A stretch of DNA of 64,000 nucleotides from positions 1,632,001 to 1,696,000 of the forward strand of contig OZ251459.1 of NCBI GenBank assembly GCA_965242525.1, given 5' to 3'. The translations under genes and the position numbers were made by a program. The DNA comes from an uncultured Candidatus Binatia bacterium. Lineage in GTDB: Bacteria > Desulfobacterota > Binatia > UBA9968 > JAJDTQ01. Below are positions 23,496 to 32,749 of the stretch, piece by piece (position 1 is the stretch's first letter; every line of letters begins with the position of its first letter). The notes beneath the pieces are model-generated. The model saw only the letters and a list, made by a program, of their open reading frames with translations. It did not search any database and was not told where the DNA came from.

Positions 23496-25814
23496 ATGAG
23501 CACAGAGCAAGAAAGCCCCCGCGGCCTCATCGGCGCTTCGGTCACGCGGGTCGAGGACCCGCCGCTGCTCACCGGCAAGGGATGTTACGTGGACGACGTG
23601 AAATTGCCGGGGATGCTCCACGTGGCGTTCCTCCGCAGCGCCCATCCCAAGGCCAGGATACTCTCCATCGACACCGGCGAAGCCGAAGCCATGCCCGGGG
23701 TGGCGCAGGTGCTCACCGGCGACCACGTGGAGGGAGTCGCCATCCGGGTTCCCATGGCGGTGAAGGGCATGGCCGTCCCGCGCCATCCGGTGCTGGCCCA
23801 AGGCGCGGTCCACGCGGTGGGGACGCCGGTGGCCGCGGTGGTGGCAGAGAGCCGGGCCGAGGCCGAAGACGCCGCGGCCGCGGTCCGGGTGGAGTACGAG
23901 CCGCAGCCCGTGGTCACCGACGCGGAAGCCGCACTGGAGGACGGCGCGCCCCTGGCCCACGACGAGCTCGGCACGAACCTGTGCTACACGCTCACGAAGG
24001 AGGGGGGCGACGTGGACAAGGCCTTCGCCGAGGCGGACCACGTCTGCCGCATGCACATACGGAGCCCGCGGCAGGTGGCCCTGTCCATGGAGCCCCGGGG
24101 CGTGCTGGCGAACCCCGACCCCTTCCGCAACGAGGTCACCGTGTGGCTCTCGACCCAGGGCCCGCACCGGGCGCGGGCGGACCTCGCCAACTCGCTGGGG
24201 GTTCCGGAGAACCGCATCCGGGTCATCGCCCCGGACGTGGGCGGGGGTTTCGGCAGCAAGGGCTGCGTCTATCGGGAGGACCTGCTGGTCTGCCACTTGG
24301 CCATGAAGCTGGGCCGGCCGGTCAAATGGATCGCCACCCGCAGCGAGGACTTCCTCACCACCTGCCAGGGACGCGACCAGGCCATGACCTCCGAGCTGGC
24401 CCTGAGCCGGGACGGCAGGATGCTGGGCCTGAAGGTCCGGGTGGTGGCCAACCTCGGGGCCTACCTGCACTCCGCCACCGCGGGTCCGCCCCAGCGCATG
24501 ATGGTCATGGCCCCGGGCTGCTACCGGATCCCCAACGTGCGGGTGGAGATCGCGGGGGTCTTCACCAACACCGTGCCCACCGGGCCGTACCGCGGCGCCG
24601 GACGGCCGGAATCGGTGCTCAACATCGAACGCCTGGCGGACAAGGCGGCCCGGGATCTGGGCATGGACCGCCTGGAGATCCGGCGCAAGAACTTCATCCA
24701 GCCGCACCAGTTCCCGTACCGCACCGGCGTGGGCGTGGAGTACGATTCGGGCGACTACGAGAAGTCCCTTGCCGAGGCCCTGCGGCTGTCGGACTACGAG
24801 GCCCTCGTGCGGATGCGCGACCAGGCGCGGGACCGGGGCGAACTGGTGGGGGTGGGCGTCTCCACCTTCGTGGAGCCCAGCGGCGGGGCCGGTTTCGAGA
24901 GCGGCGCGGTCCGGGTCGAGCGCACCGGCGAGGTCACGGTGCTCACCGGGTCCAGCTCCCACGGCCAGGGGCACGAGACCGTGTTCGCCCAGGTGGCGGC
25001 GGAGAAGCTGAAGCTGCCCATGGACCGGGTGGTGGTGCGGCACGGCGACACCACGGCCATCCAGCAGGGCACCGGCACCTTCGGAAGCCGCAGCGCGGTC
25101 ATGGGCGGGGGCGCCCTGGGCCTCGCCGCGGAACGGCTGGTCCGCAAGGCCCAAGCCATCGCCGCCCACCTGCTGGAAGCGGACCCGGACGACGTGGTCC
25201 AGACCGACGGGGGCTTTGCCGTGGCCGGGGTGCCGGACCGGAACGTGGACTGGCGGCGGGTGGCCGCCGCGGCCTACGGCAAGGGGACGCCGGAAGGAAT
25301 GGACCCGGGTCTCCAGGAGACCGCCTTCTTCGATCCCAACCGCGAGGCCTGGGGCTTCGGCGCCCACGTGGCGCTGGTGCGCATCGACGCCGACACCGGC
25401 GCATTGACCCTGGAGAAGCTCGTGCTGGTGGACGACATCGGCGTGGTGCTGAACCCCATGATCGTCGAGGCTCAGGTCCACGGGGGCGTGGCCCAGGGGC
25501 TGGGCGAGGCGCTGCGAGAGCAGATGGTCTTCGGCGACGACGGGCAGCCCCGCACCGGCGCCCTCATGGACTACGCGGTGATGCGCGCCGGCGACATGCC
25601 GCCCCTCCTCCTGGGCGAGACGGTGACGCCCAACCCCTTCAACCCCCTGGGCGTCAAGGGCGTGGGCGAAGCGGGCACCAACGGCGCGCCGCCGGCAGTG
25701 GCCAACGCCGTCATGGACGCCTTGGCGCCCCTGGGCATCGACCACATCGACATGCCCTACACCGCGCCCAAGCTGTGGCGCGCCATCCGCGAAGCCCGCA
25801 AGGACGACGCCTGA
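23496..25814 (+). CDS. CoxL-like molybdenum hydroxylase large subunit (not form I CODH)
   Basis: VGGGFGSK; active-site loop PYRGAGR, not AYxCSFR. Confidence 0.9.
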   Translation: MSTEQESPRGLIGASVTRVEDPPLLTGKGCYVDDVKLPGMLHVAFLRSAHPKARILSIDTGEAEAMPGVAQVLTGDHVEGVAIRVPMAVKGMAVPRHPVLAQGAVHAVGTPVAAVVAESRAEAEDAAAAVRVEYEPQPVVTDAEAALEDGAPLAHDELGTNLCYTLTKEGGDVDKAFAEADHVCRMHIRSPRQVALSMEPRGVLANPDPFRNEVTVWLSTQGPHRARADLANSLGVPENRIRVIAPDVGGGFGSKGCVYREDLLVCHLAMKLGRPVKWIATRSEDFLTTCQGRDQAMTSELALSRDGRMLGLKVRVVANLGAYLHSATAGPPQRMMVMAPGCYRIPNVRVEIAGVFTNTVPTGPYRGAGRPESVLNIERLADKAARDLGMDRLEIRRKNFIQPHQFPYRTGVGVEYDSGDYEKSLAEALRLSDYEALVRMRDQARDRGELVGVGVSTFVEPSGGAGFESGAVRVERTGEVTVLTGSSSHGQGHETVFAQVAAEKLKLPMDRVVVRHGDTTAIQQGTGTFGSRSAVMGGGALGLAAERLVRKAQAIAAHLLEADPDDVVQTDGGFAVAGVPDRNVDWRRVAAAAYGKGTPEGMDPGLQETAFFDPNREAWGFGAHVALVRIDADTGALTLEKLVLVDDIGVVLNPMIVEAQVHGGVAQGLGEALREQMVFGDDGQPRTGALMDYAVMRAGDMPPLLLGETVTPNPFNPLGVKGVGEAGTNGAPPAVANAVMDALAPLGIDHIDMPYTAPKLWRAIREARKDDA

Positions 25815-25993
25815 TACGTCGCGGATGGCGGCATCCGGCCGCGACTTGCCTTGAAGGTTATCTCGTACAGGCTTACCGGACTGTAGAAGACGTCGTTGTC
25901 GTCGTCGAGGATGAGGGCGCGCGCCTTGTCGGACAATTTCGGAGAATCGGCCATGGCCCACAACAGGGCGTGGCTGTCGAGAAGCAGCCGCAT
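25815..25993 (-). pseudogene. truncated PIN/VapC toxin
   Basis: MRLLLDSHALLW...LSDKARALI...VFYSPVSLYEITFKASRGR, then loses similarity and runs into the coxL end after about 55 codons. Confidence 0.8.
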
Positions 25994-26006
25994 GAAGCTT
26001 CCGGCA

Positions 26007-26327
26007 CTACCGTGTGGCAATGCCGAGTGGGTCGGAGTGCTGGCCCTCGAGGGCGGCCTGATCGGCCGGCGACAGCGGATCTTCCACTGCCTCCACGAGC
26101 GCGGCAAGAGCCTGTGCGCTCATCAGTTCCTTGAGAACCCCCAGCCTGCGCCGACCCTTGCGCCGTAGCCCAACGAGTTTCGCCACAGGTTCCCGCCCTC
26201 GGGCGACCACGACTTCTTCGCCCCGTTCGGCGCGACCGATCATTTCCGCAAGCCGTGCGCGAAATTCACTGACCGTGACGGGTTCGGCAGTCTGTCGCGC
26301 AGGACCGTGCAAGTTGGCGCCATCCAT
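26007..26327 (-). CDS. Phd/YefM-family antitoxin
   Basis: VTVSEFRARLAEMIGRAERGEEVVVARGREPVAKLV. Confidence 0.85.
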   Translation of the reverse strand: MDGANLHGPARQTAEPVTVSEFRARLAEMIGRAERGEEVVVARGREPVAKLVGLRRKGRRRLGVLKELMSAQALAALVEAVEDPLSPADQAALEGQHSDPLGIATR

Positions 26328-26466
26328 GATCGCTACCTCGTCGAGACGTGGACACCGGGAGCCTGTCCGAGTGCAACGGGAATCGTGGCACGAATCCGTT
26401 TGACGTGCAACGCGCGTACGAACGAGTCCGGACGTGTACGGGTGGAGGACGACCCGTTCGCGCCGG

Positions 26467-27492
26467 TCAGACGCCGCCGAATCCCCGGTCCTGGGCCTCG
26501 CCCACCAGCCACGGGTCCCTGATCTCGGTGGTGGGAGGCTCGCCCCTGAGCACCCGGGCCACTTCCCTGGCGGCGTGGGTCTGGCAGTCCACATAGGATT
26601 CGTCGGAGTTGGCCGCGGTGTGGCAGGTCACGATGACGTTGGGCAGGGTGAGGATGGGATGGTCCGCGGGCATGGGCTCGGGGTCGGTGACGTCCAGCGC
26701 GGCCCCGGCGAGCTCGCCCGCGGTCAGCGCCCGGTAGAGGGCGTCCGTGTCCACCAGCCCGCCCCGGGCGCAGTTGATGAGGTAGGCGGTGTCCTTCATG
26801 GCAGCGAACCGGTCCTTGCCGAACATCTTGCGCGTGGCCGGAACCAGCGGCGCGTGCAGGCTGACGACGTCCGAGGTCCGCACCAGTTCGTCCAGCGAAA
26901 CCAGCGTTACCCCCATGGCCTCGGCGATGGCCGGGGCTACGTAAGGGTCCACCGCCTGGACCTTCATCTTCATGCCCTGGGCCCGGGGGGCCACCTGCCG
27001 CCCCACGTGCCCCAGGCCCACGATTCCCAGGGTCTGTCCCGCGATGCGCGACACCGGACCCCGGTAGGCGTGGAGCTCGGCGCTGTGGCGGCGCCAGCGC
27101 CCCTCCCGCACGTACTGGTTCATGCGCACCAGCTTGCGGGACACCGCGATGAGCAGCCCGATCATCTGCTCGGCCACCTCGATGGAGTTGCAGCCCGCGG
27201 CGTTGCACACGACGATGCCGCGCTCGGCCGCGGCCGCCAGGTCCAGCCGGTCCACGCCCACGCCGGTGCGGCACACCACCTTGCAGCGGTCCAGGCCGGC
27301 GATGATCTCACGGGTGAACGGGATGGCGCCGTGGAAGATCATGCCGTCGGCGCCGCGCCCCGCCTCCGCCACCTCCCGGTCGCTGGACGGCCTGGCCAGC
27401 ACCAGCTCCGCATCGGCCTCCCGCAGTATGGGCTCGATGAGGCTTACGGGGACGTCGTTGCTGCCGCAATAGACGACGCGGAACCTGGCCAC
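26467..27492 (-). CDS. D-isomer-specific 2-hydroxyacid dehydrogenase
   Basis: RTGVGVD, GIVGLGHVG, INCARGGLVD, DVTDPEP, HTA. GTG start just after the upstream stop. Confidence 0.9.
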   Translation of the reverse strand: MARFRVVYCGSNDVPVSLIEPILREADAELVLARPSSDREVAEAGRGADGMIFHGAIPFTREIIAGLDRCKVVCRTGVGVDRLDLAAAAERGIVVCNAAGCNSIEVAEQMIGLLIAVSRKLVRMNQYVREGRWRRHSAELHAYRGPVSRIAGQTLGIVGLGHVGRQVAPRAQGMKMKVQAVDPYVAPAIAEAMGVTLVSLDELVRTSDVVSLHAPLVPATRKMFGKDRFAAMKDTAYLINCARGGLVDTDALYRALTAGELAGAALDVTDPEPMPADHPILTLPNVIVTCHTAANSDESYVDCQTHAAREVARVLRGEPPTTEIRDPWLVGEAQDRGFGGV

Positions 27493-27494
27493 CC

Positions 27495-28628
27495 CTATGC
27501 CCCCAGCCCGTACATCTGCGCCGGGTTGTCCCACAGGATCTTGCGGCGGGTCTCGTCCGACAGCTTCTCGTTGGCGCTCAGGGCGCCTACGGTGAGGTCG
27601 GGGAACTTGTCGATGCAGTCGCTGTGCGGATAGTCCGTGGCCATGGTCAGGCGGTCGTTGCCCAGGTGCTCCACGAAACTCGGCACCAGTTCCTCCCCGG
27701 CCTCGCAACTCACCCAGCACTGGCGCTGGAAATAGAAGCTGGGGGCGTGCGGCGTGGTCCTGGCGGAGCCGTGGGACTCGTGCTCCCAGTGTTCGTCCAT
27801 GCGCTCCAGCCAGTAGGGCACCCAGCCGCAGCCGGACTCCAGGTAGGCGACCTTGAGGGCGGGGAAGCGCTCCAGCACGCCGTCGGCGCAGAAGCTCAGG
27901 CACGCGAGCATCTGCTCCAGGGGATGGCAGGCCACGTGGCGCCCGAACTCGCTGTAGCGGTCGCCGCCCGCCTGCTCCAGGACCGTGCGCGCGCCCTCGT
28001 GCACGCACACGGTGACGCCCAGGTCCTGGGCGGCCTCGTAGATGGGGAAGTAGTCGGGGCTGGCCAGGGTCCTGCCGCAGAGCTTGTTGGGGCGCCAGAA
28101 GATCCCCACCAGACCGAGCTTCTCCCGCGCGTGGCGCAACTCCTCCACCGCCCGGGCCGGGTCCTGCAAGGGCAGCAGCATGACGCCGCGGAGCCGCGAC
28201 GCGTCGTAGCCGCAATACTCCGCGAGCCAGGTGTTGTAGGCGCGGCAGATGGCCGCGCTGAGCTCCGGGTCGATGTCCGAGCGCCACATGACGTACAGGC
28301 CCATGGTCGGGAACAGCACGCTCAGGTCGATGCCCTCCCGGTCCATGTCGCGGAGGTTGGACGCGGGGTCGAAGCCCGCGGCAATGGCTTCCGCGAAGGT
28401 GTCGCGCCACCCCTCGTTGCTGGCGAAGATGAAGCCGTAGTCGGTGGTCTCTCGGTCGGGGCGCCGGTCGGAGTCCGACACCGGCTTGCCGTCCACGTAG
28501 CGGCCGGACTGGTTCGGTCCCGTGATCTTCACCCGCCCGCGGAACCTGGCGTCCATGTACCGGTCGTACACGTCCGAGGGCTCCATGATGTGCCGGTCCG
28601 AATCGATGACGCGGTATCCATCCTTCAT
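27495..28628 (-). CDS. amidohydrolase_2 family protein
   Basis: IDSDRH, VCVHE, YLESGCGW, ATDYPHSD. Confidence 0.9.
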   Translation of the reverse strand: MKDGYRVIDSDRHIMEPSDVYDRYMDARFRGRVKITGPNQSGRYVDGKPVSDSDRRPDRETTDYGFIFASNEGWRDTFAEAIAAGFDPASNLRDMDREGIDLSVLFPTMGLYVMWRSDIDPELSAAICRAYNTWLAEYCGYDASRLRGVMLLPLQDPARAVEELRHAREKLGLVGIFWRPNKLCGRTLASPDYFPIYEAAQDLGVTVCVHEGARTVLEQAGGDRYSEFGRHVACHPLEQMLACLSFCADGVLERFPALKVAYLESGCGWVPYWLERMDEHWEHESHGSARTTPHAPSFYFQRQCWVSCEAGEELVPSFVEHLGNDRLTMATDYPHSDCIDKFPDLTVGALSANEKLSDETRRKILWDNPAQMYGLGA

Positions 28629-28768
28629 GGCTCAACTCCTTCTTCGGACAGCGGCTCGCCGCTGCCTCCTGCGGTCGCCAACGTCGATGCCCGCGGAGAG
28701 CCCCCCGGCCTGCCGGGGAGCCGTCTCCAGCGTGGCGCCACTATAGATCAAAGCACGGACCCCATCAA

Positions 28769-28862
28769 GGAAACTCCGAACAATCGGGGGAGCATGAGCG
28801 CGTCCTTCGACTTCGCTTCGCTACGCTCAGGACGAACGGGGATGGAAGGGTCGCGTGAGGGA
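28769..28862 (-). mobile_element. partial MITE
   Basis: One degenerate TIR plus REP1. Confidence 0.75.
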
Positions 28863-28864
28863 GC

Positions 28865-28893
28865 TTGACCGGGCGCAAGGCCGAAGATAACAT
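28865..28893 (+). promoter_or_regulatory. candidate sigma70 promoter of the cupin gene
   Basis: TTGACC-N17-TAACAT, then GGAGG before ATG 28923. Confidence 0.45.
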
Positions 28894-28922
28894 CCCCGCG
28901 GACAAACACCACGGAGGGAATC

Positions 28923-30161
28923 ATGGGAGTCGAGCCGGGCGCGGAATTGTTCGAGTTCAGCGAGCCTTCGGTAACGGGCAAGGCCGGGTTCGGCAGGTGG
29001 AAGAACCCCCGGTCGCCCTACGACCGGTTCATGGAGGACCAGGGCCTCCCCATCCACAGGGACATCGGGGTCCACAAGGTCCAGGACCTGCCCCTGGCCC
29101 CGTGGAAGCGGCTGGGAGGACGCGGCACCGCCATCCAGCTCCTGGGCACCGAGCACCTGTGGGGCATGTACGTGGTGGAGGTGCCGGGGGCGGGCGCGTT
29201 GCACGCCGAGCGCCACCTCTACGAAGAGACTTGCTACGTGGTGGAAGGCAGGGGCACCACCGAGGTGTGGCACGAGGGCAGCGGCAAGAGGCAGACCTTC
29301 GAGTGGGGGCCGGGCTCGCTCTTCGGCATCCCGTTGAACGCATGGCACCGGGTGGTCAACGCCACATCCTCCCCGGCCATGCTCCTGGCCGCCACCACCG
29401 CGCCCAACATCATCAACCTGCTCCGGGACCCGCAGTTCGTCATGGACTGCCCCTACGAGTTCACCCGGCGTTTCAAGGGCGACGACGACTATTTCAAACC
29501 CGTGGAGGACATCCGCGCGGACCCGGTGCGCGGTCTGGCCATGAGGCTCACCAACGTCATACCGGACATCGTCACGTGCGAGCTGCCGCGGGACAACCGG
29601 CGCTCGTTCAGCTACCGGCGGGTGGAGCCGCACATGGCCGGGGCCAACTTCTACATGAAGATCGCCCAGTACGAGACCGGCCAGTACTCCAAGGCCCACA
29701 AGCACACCTCGGGCGCCATACTCGTGTGCATCGAGGGCAAGGGCTTCAGCTACACCTGGCCGGACCGCCTGGGCATGAGGCCGTGGCAGGAGGGGCGCAG
29801 CGACGAGGTCAGGCAGCAGACCTATGAGCCGGTGGGCATGATCAGCGCCGCGCCCATGGCCGGCGACTGGTTCCACCAGCACTTCGGCACCGACCCCGCG
29901 GGGCTGAGGCTGTTGATCTTCGACGGTCCGTACGGGCCGGGCTTCCGGCGCGGGGGCGCGCCCGGCGCCCAGGCCATGGACGTGGGCGCGGTGGACACCC
30001 GGGACGGCGGCAACGCCATCGCCTACATGGACGAGGACCCGCAGATACGGAAGACCTACGAGGCCGAGCTGGCCGCCCACGGCATGGAGAGCCGCATGCC
30101 CCAATGGGCCTACGAGACCCGGACGCCCCCCGAAGGCGCACTGGAGCCCGGCGGACTCTGA
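28923..30161 (+). CDS. bicupin-domain protein
   Basis: ERHLYEETCYVVEGRG...IPLNAWH and second cupin KAHKH...WFHQH. Confidence 0.8.
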   Translation: MGVEPGAELFEFSEPSVTGKAGFGRWKNPRSPYDRFMEDQGLPIHRDIGVHKVQDLPLAPWKRLGGRGTAIQLLGTEHLWGMYVVEVPGAGALHAERHLYEETCYVVEGRGTTEVWHEGSGKRQTFEWGPGSLFGIPLNAWHRVVNATSSPAMLLAATTAPNIINLLRDPQFVMDCPYEFTRRFKGDDDYFKPVEDIRADPVRGLAMRLTNVIPDIVTCELPRDNRRSFSYRRVEPHMAGANFYMKIAQYETGQYSKAHKHTSGAILVCIEGKGFSYTWPDRLGMRPWQEGRSDEVRQQTYEPVGMISAAPMAGDWFHQHFGTDPAGLRLLIFDGPYGPGFRRGGAPGAQAMDVGAVDTRDGGNAIAYMDEDPQIRKTYEAELAAHGMESRMPQWAYETRTPPEGALEPGGL

Positions 30162-30178
30162 GCCGGGGACGAGGCTCG

Positions 30179-31099
30179 TCAACTTTCCCACAGGTGGCGG
30201 AACTGCACGGCCGCCACCCGTTCGTACGGCGCCGGCCCCGACAGGTGCCCCACGGACCGGGCGAACCGGTTGAGATGGGACACCGCCGCCTCCGAGATGG
30301 CGGGGTCGTAGAACGGCGCATCCCGCTCCACGATGCCGGCGATGAGCGCGGCCGCGTCCGGCGGGAAGAGTCCCTCCCCCACCCGCACCGCTTGGGCCGG
30401 GTCTGCGCGCAACGCCTTCTGGGCCTTCACGACGGCGCGCACGGCCGCGGCGGCCTGCTCCGGCGCCCGCTCGATGAAGGCGTCGGTGGTGCCGAGACCG
30501 GCAAAGGTGCAGTACCGGACCTCCCCGGGGTCGTCGCCCCGGCGCACGTCCACGTGGAGCTTGCCAGCGCCCAGGGCCGCGGCGGTGGCGCTGCCCATGG
30601 CGTTGGACCAGAAGCCGTCGATGCGGCCCGCGGCCAGACCCCGGGCCGCAAAGACGCCGAAGGAGACGTCCCGGGCCTCGGAACCCGGCAGATGCACCAA
30701 CTCCACGTCCCGGTCCGGGTCGAGGCCCGCCTCCGCCAGCAGCGCCCGGAACACCAGGTCCGGTCCTTCGGCCGCGGTGAGGCGCAAGCCCCGGAGGGCC
30801 TCGAAGTCCCCCCTTTCCGCGGGGAGGTCGGCCCGCACCGTCAGGAGCCACGGCGTCCCCCGGGACAGCGCCACCAGCAGCTTGGCGCCGCTCCAATCGG
30901 GGAACTCCCGCAGCAGGTCGTGCACCGACCCGGCGATCATGGCGTCCGCGCTGCCGTCCCGGAGCGCCCGGGTGGCGCCGATCTGGGACACGAGGTCGAT
31001 CTCCACCTCCAGCCCCTCGTCCCGGAAGAAACCCAGCTCCCGGGCGGCCAGGGCGGGGAAACAGGTGTTGCTGATCAGGTCCACCGCAGCAATGCGCAT
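30179..31099 (-). CDS. NitT/TauT-type ABC substrate-binding protein
   Basis: ARELGFFRDEGLEVE...ALRDGSAD pattern; no permease nearby. Confidence 0.75.
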   Translation of the reverse strand: MRIAAVDLISNTCFPALAARELGFFRDEGLEVEIDLVSQIGATRALRDGSADAMIAGSVHDLLREFPDWSGAKLLVALSRGTPWLLTVRADLPAERGDFEALRGLRLTAAEGPDLVFRALLAEAGLDPDRDVELVHLPGSEARDVSFGVFAARGLAAGRIDGFWSNAMGSATAAALGAGKLHVDVRRGDDPGEVRYCTFAGLGTTDAFIERAPEQAAAAVRAVVKAQKALRADPAQAVRVGEGLFPPDAAALIAGIVERDAPFYDPAISEAAVSHLNRFARSVGHLSGPAPYERVAAVQFRHLWES

Positions 31100-31470
31100 G
31101 TCGAGGTCACCTCCGGCCCGGGGTTCGGTCCCGCATGGGCATAACAGGGATTGCTTCCGCGCCGCAACGCGCCGGGGACGGAATTTGAGGAGTTGTTCCT
31201 GTGGGTGCGGTAAATGGTTTACCAAAGGCGTCTGGCGTTAGAAACTCAAGGTTCTTTCTAACACATGACGGCCGAAAGTCACCCATCAATGGAAAGGAAT
31301 CCCGTTCGGCCTCGTCGTGCGGCAGCTTCGCCGCCCGGACCGAAGGGCCTCGGAAGTTGGAAACGTGACCGGCCGGTTCCTCTGTTCGACCCGGTGGGCG
31401 GGCCTGGGCGCGTTGTCGCTTCCGCGGCCGGATGGTAGATGTAGGGAACCGAACGAGGGTTCGACCGCCG

Positions 31471-32724
31471 ATGACGAAGTCCGAGCTACTGGAACTGATT
31501 GCCAACGGGGAAAACTCCGGAACGGAGTTCAAAGGCGACGAACAGCGTCCGGAACAGGTCGCCAAGGAAATCGTGGCTCTGGCCAACTTCCGGGGCGGCC
31601 GACTGTTGCTGGGCGTGGAGGACGACGGGACCATTGCGGGTATTCGGCGGGATGACCTCGAACGCTGGATCATGGACACGGTGTTCGGCCGAAAGGTGCA
31701 TCCGATGATCCTGCCTTTCTACGAAGAGGTCCGGGTCGATGAACGGCGCAGGGTGGCGGTCGTTACGGTCACCCAGGGCGCGTCCAAGCCTTACGTGGTC
31801 CGTCACAACGACCGGGAAGACATCTATGTGCGCATCGGGAGCACGTCACGGTTGGCTACCCGGAAACAGCAGGCGAGACTGCACGCGCTTGGCGGTATGC
31901 TCCACACGGAATTGCTGCCCGTATCCGGCAGTGGACTCCGCGACCTCGGCAAGGAAAGGCTGGAAGACTACCTCATTTCCATGGTCCACGACCGTGAAAC
32001 GCCCGCCACCGACGAGGCATGGGGCGAGCGCCTGTGCGGACTGGGTTTCATGGCCGAACGTCAAGACGGTCCGCCGGTGTGCACGATAGTGGGACTGGTG
32101 CTGTTCGGACGCAGACCGCGGCGTCTGCTGCGGCAGGCCGGCATTCGATGGATGGCCTTCAAGGGCGGCGCCAAGGCTTACGACGCACTGGACGACCAGG
32201 TGATCGACGGCCCGTTGACCGCTCTCCGGGGCGAGTTGTCAGGCCGCGGACGCGAGGTCCTGGAAAACGGAATCATCGAGCGGCTGGCCGACGCCATGCG
32301 TCCATTCGTTTCCGAAGAAACCGGTCGAATCGGCGAGTCCATGCGCCGGGAGCGGACCTGGCACTACCCTCTGGACGCGGTTCGGGAAGCGGTCGTCAAC
32401 GCCCTCGGCCATCGAGACTGGACCCGCAACGAAGAGATCGAAGTCGTCCGTTACGCAGACCGGCTGGAAGTGCTGAGCCCCGGTGCGCTCCAGAACACCA
32501 TGACGGTCGAGAAGATGATCGCCGGCCAACGTTCCCCGCGCAACCCGCTCATGGTCGAGGTATTGAAGGACTATGGCTATGCGGACGCTCGCGGCATGGG
32601 GGTCCGCAACAAGATCATTCCCCTGCTGCGAAAAGCGAACGGCGTGGACCCGGAGTTCCAGGTGACCGAAGACCATTTGCGCCTGACCATGCGCAGGGGA
32701 GCGAACGCGCAACGAGTCGCGTGA
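31471..32724 (+). CDS. AlbA_2/Schlafen-like DNA-binding protein with RecG-C/HATPase_c_4 domain
   Basis: GENSGTEFK, VALANFRGGRLLLGVEDDG, YPLDAVREAVVNALGHRDW, SPG, RNP. Confidence 0.85.
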   Translation: MTKSELLELIANGENSGTEFKGDEQRPEQVAKEIVALANFRGGRLLLGVEDDGTIAGIRRDDLERWIMDTVFGRKVHPMILPFYEEVRVDERRRVAVVTVTQGASKPYVVRHNDREDIYVRIGSTSRLATRKQQARLHALGGMLHTELLPVSGSGLRDLGKERLEDYLISMVHDRETPATDEAWGERLCGLGFMAERQDGPPVCTIVGLVLFGRRPRRLLRQAGIRWMAFKGGAKAYDALDDQVIDGPLTALRGELSGRGREVLENGIIERLADAMRPFVSEETGRIGESMRRERTWHYPLDAVREAVVNALGHRDWTRNEEIEVVRYADRLEVLSPGALQNTMTVEKMIAGQRSPRNPLMVEVLKDYGYADARGMGVRNKIIPLLRKANGVDPEFQVTEDHLRLTMRRGANAQRVA

Positions 32725-32749
32725 CCCCGGCTGACGCCGGGCGCGCCTC

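Noticed and set aside
23496-25814. Aerobic CO dehydrogenase (form I)
   Set aside because: The active-site loop is PYRGAGR and lacks the Cu-binding Cys.
26467-28635. 722-aa ORF
   Set aside because: Only 27492-26467 is the dehydrogenase; the rest overlaps the amidohydrolase out of frame.
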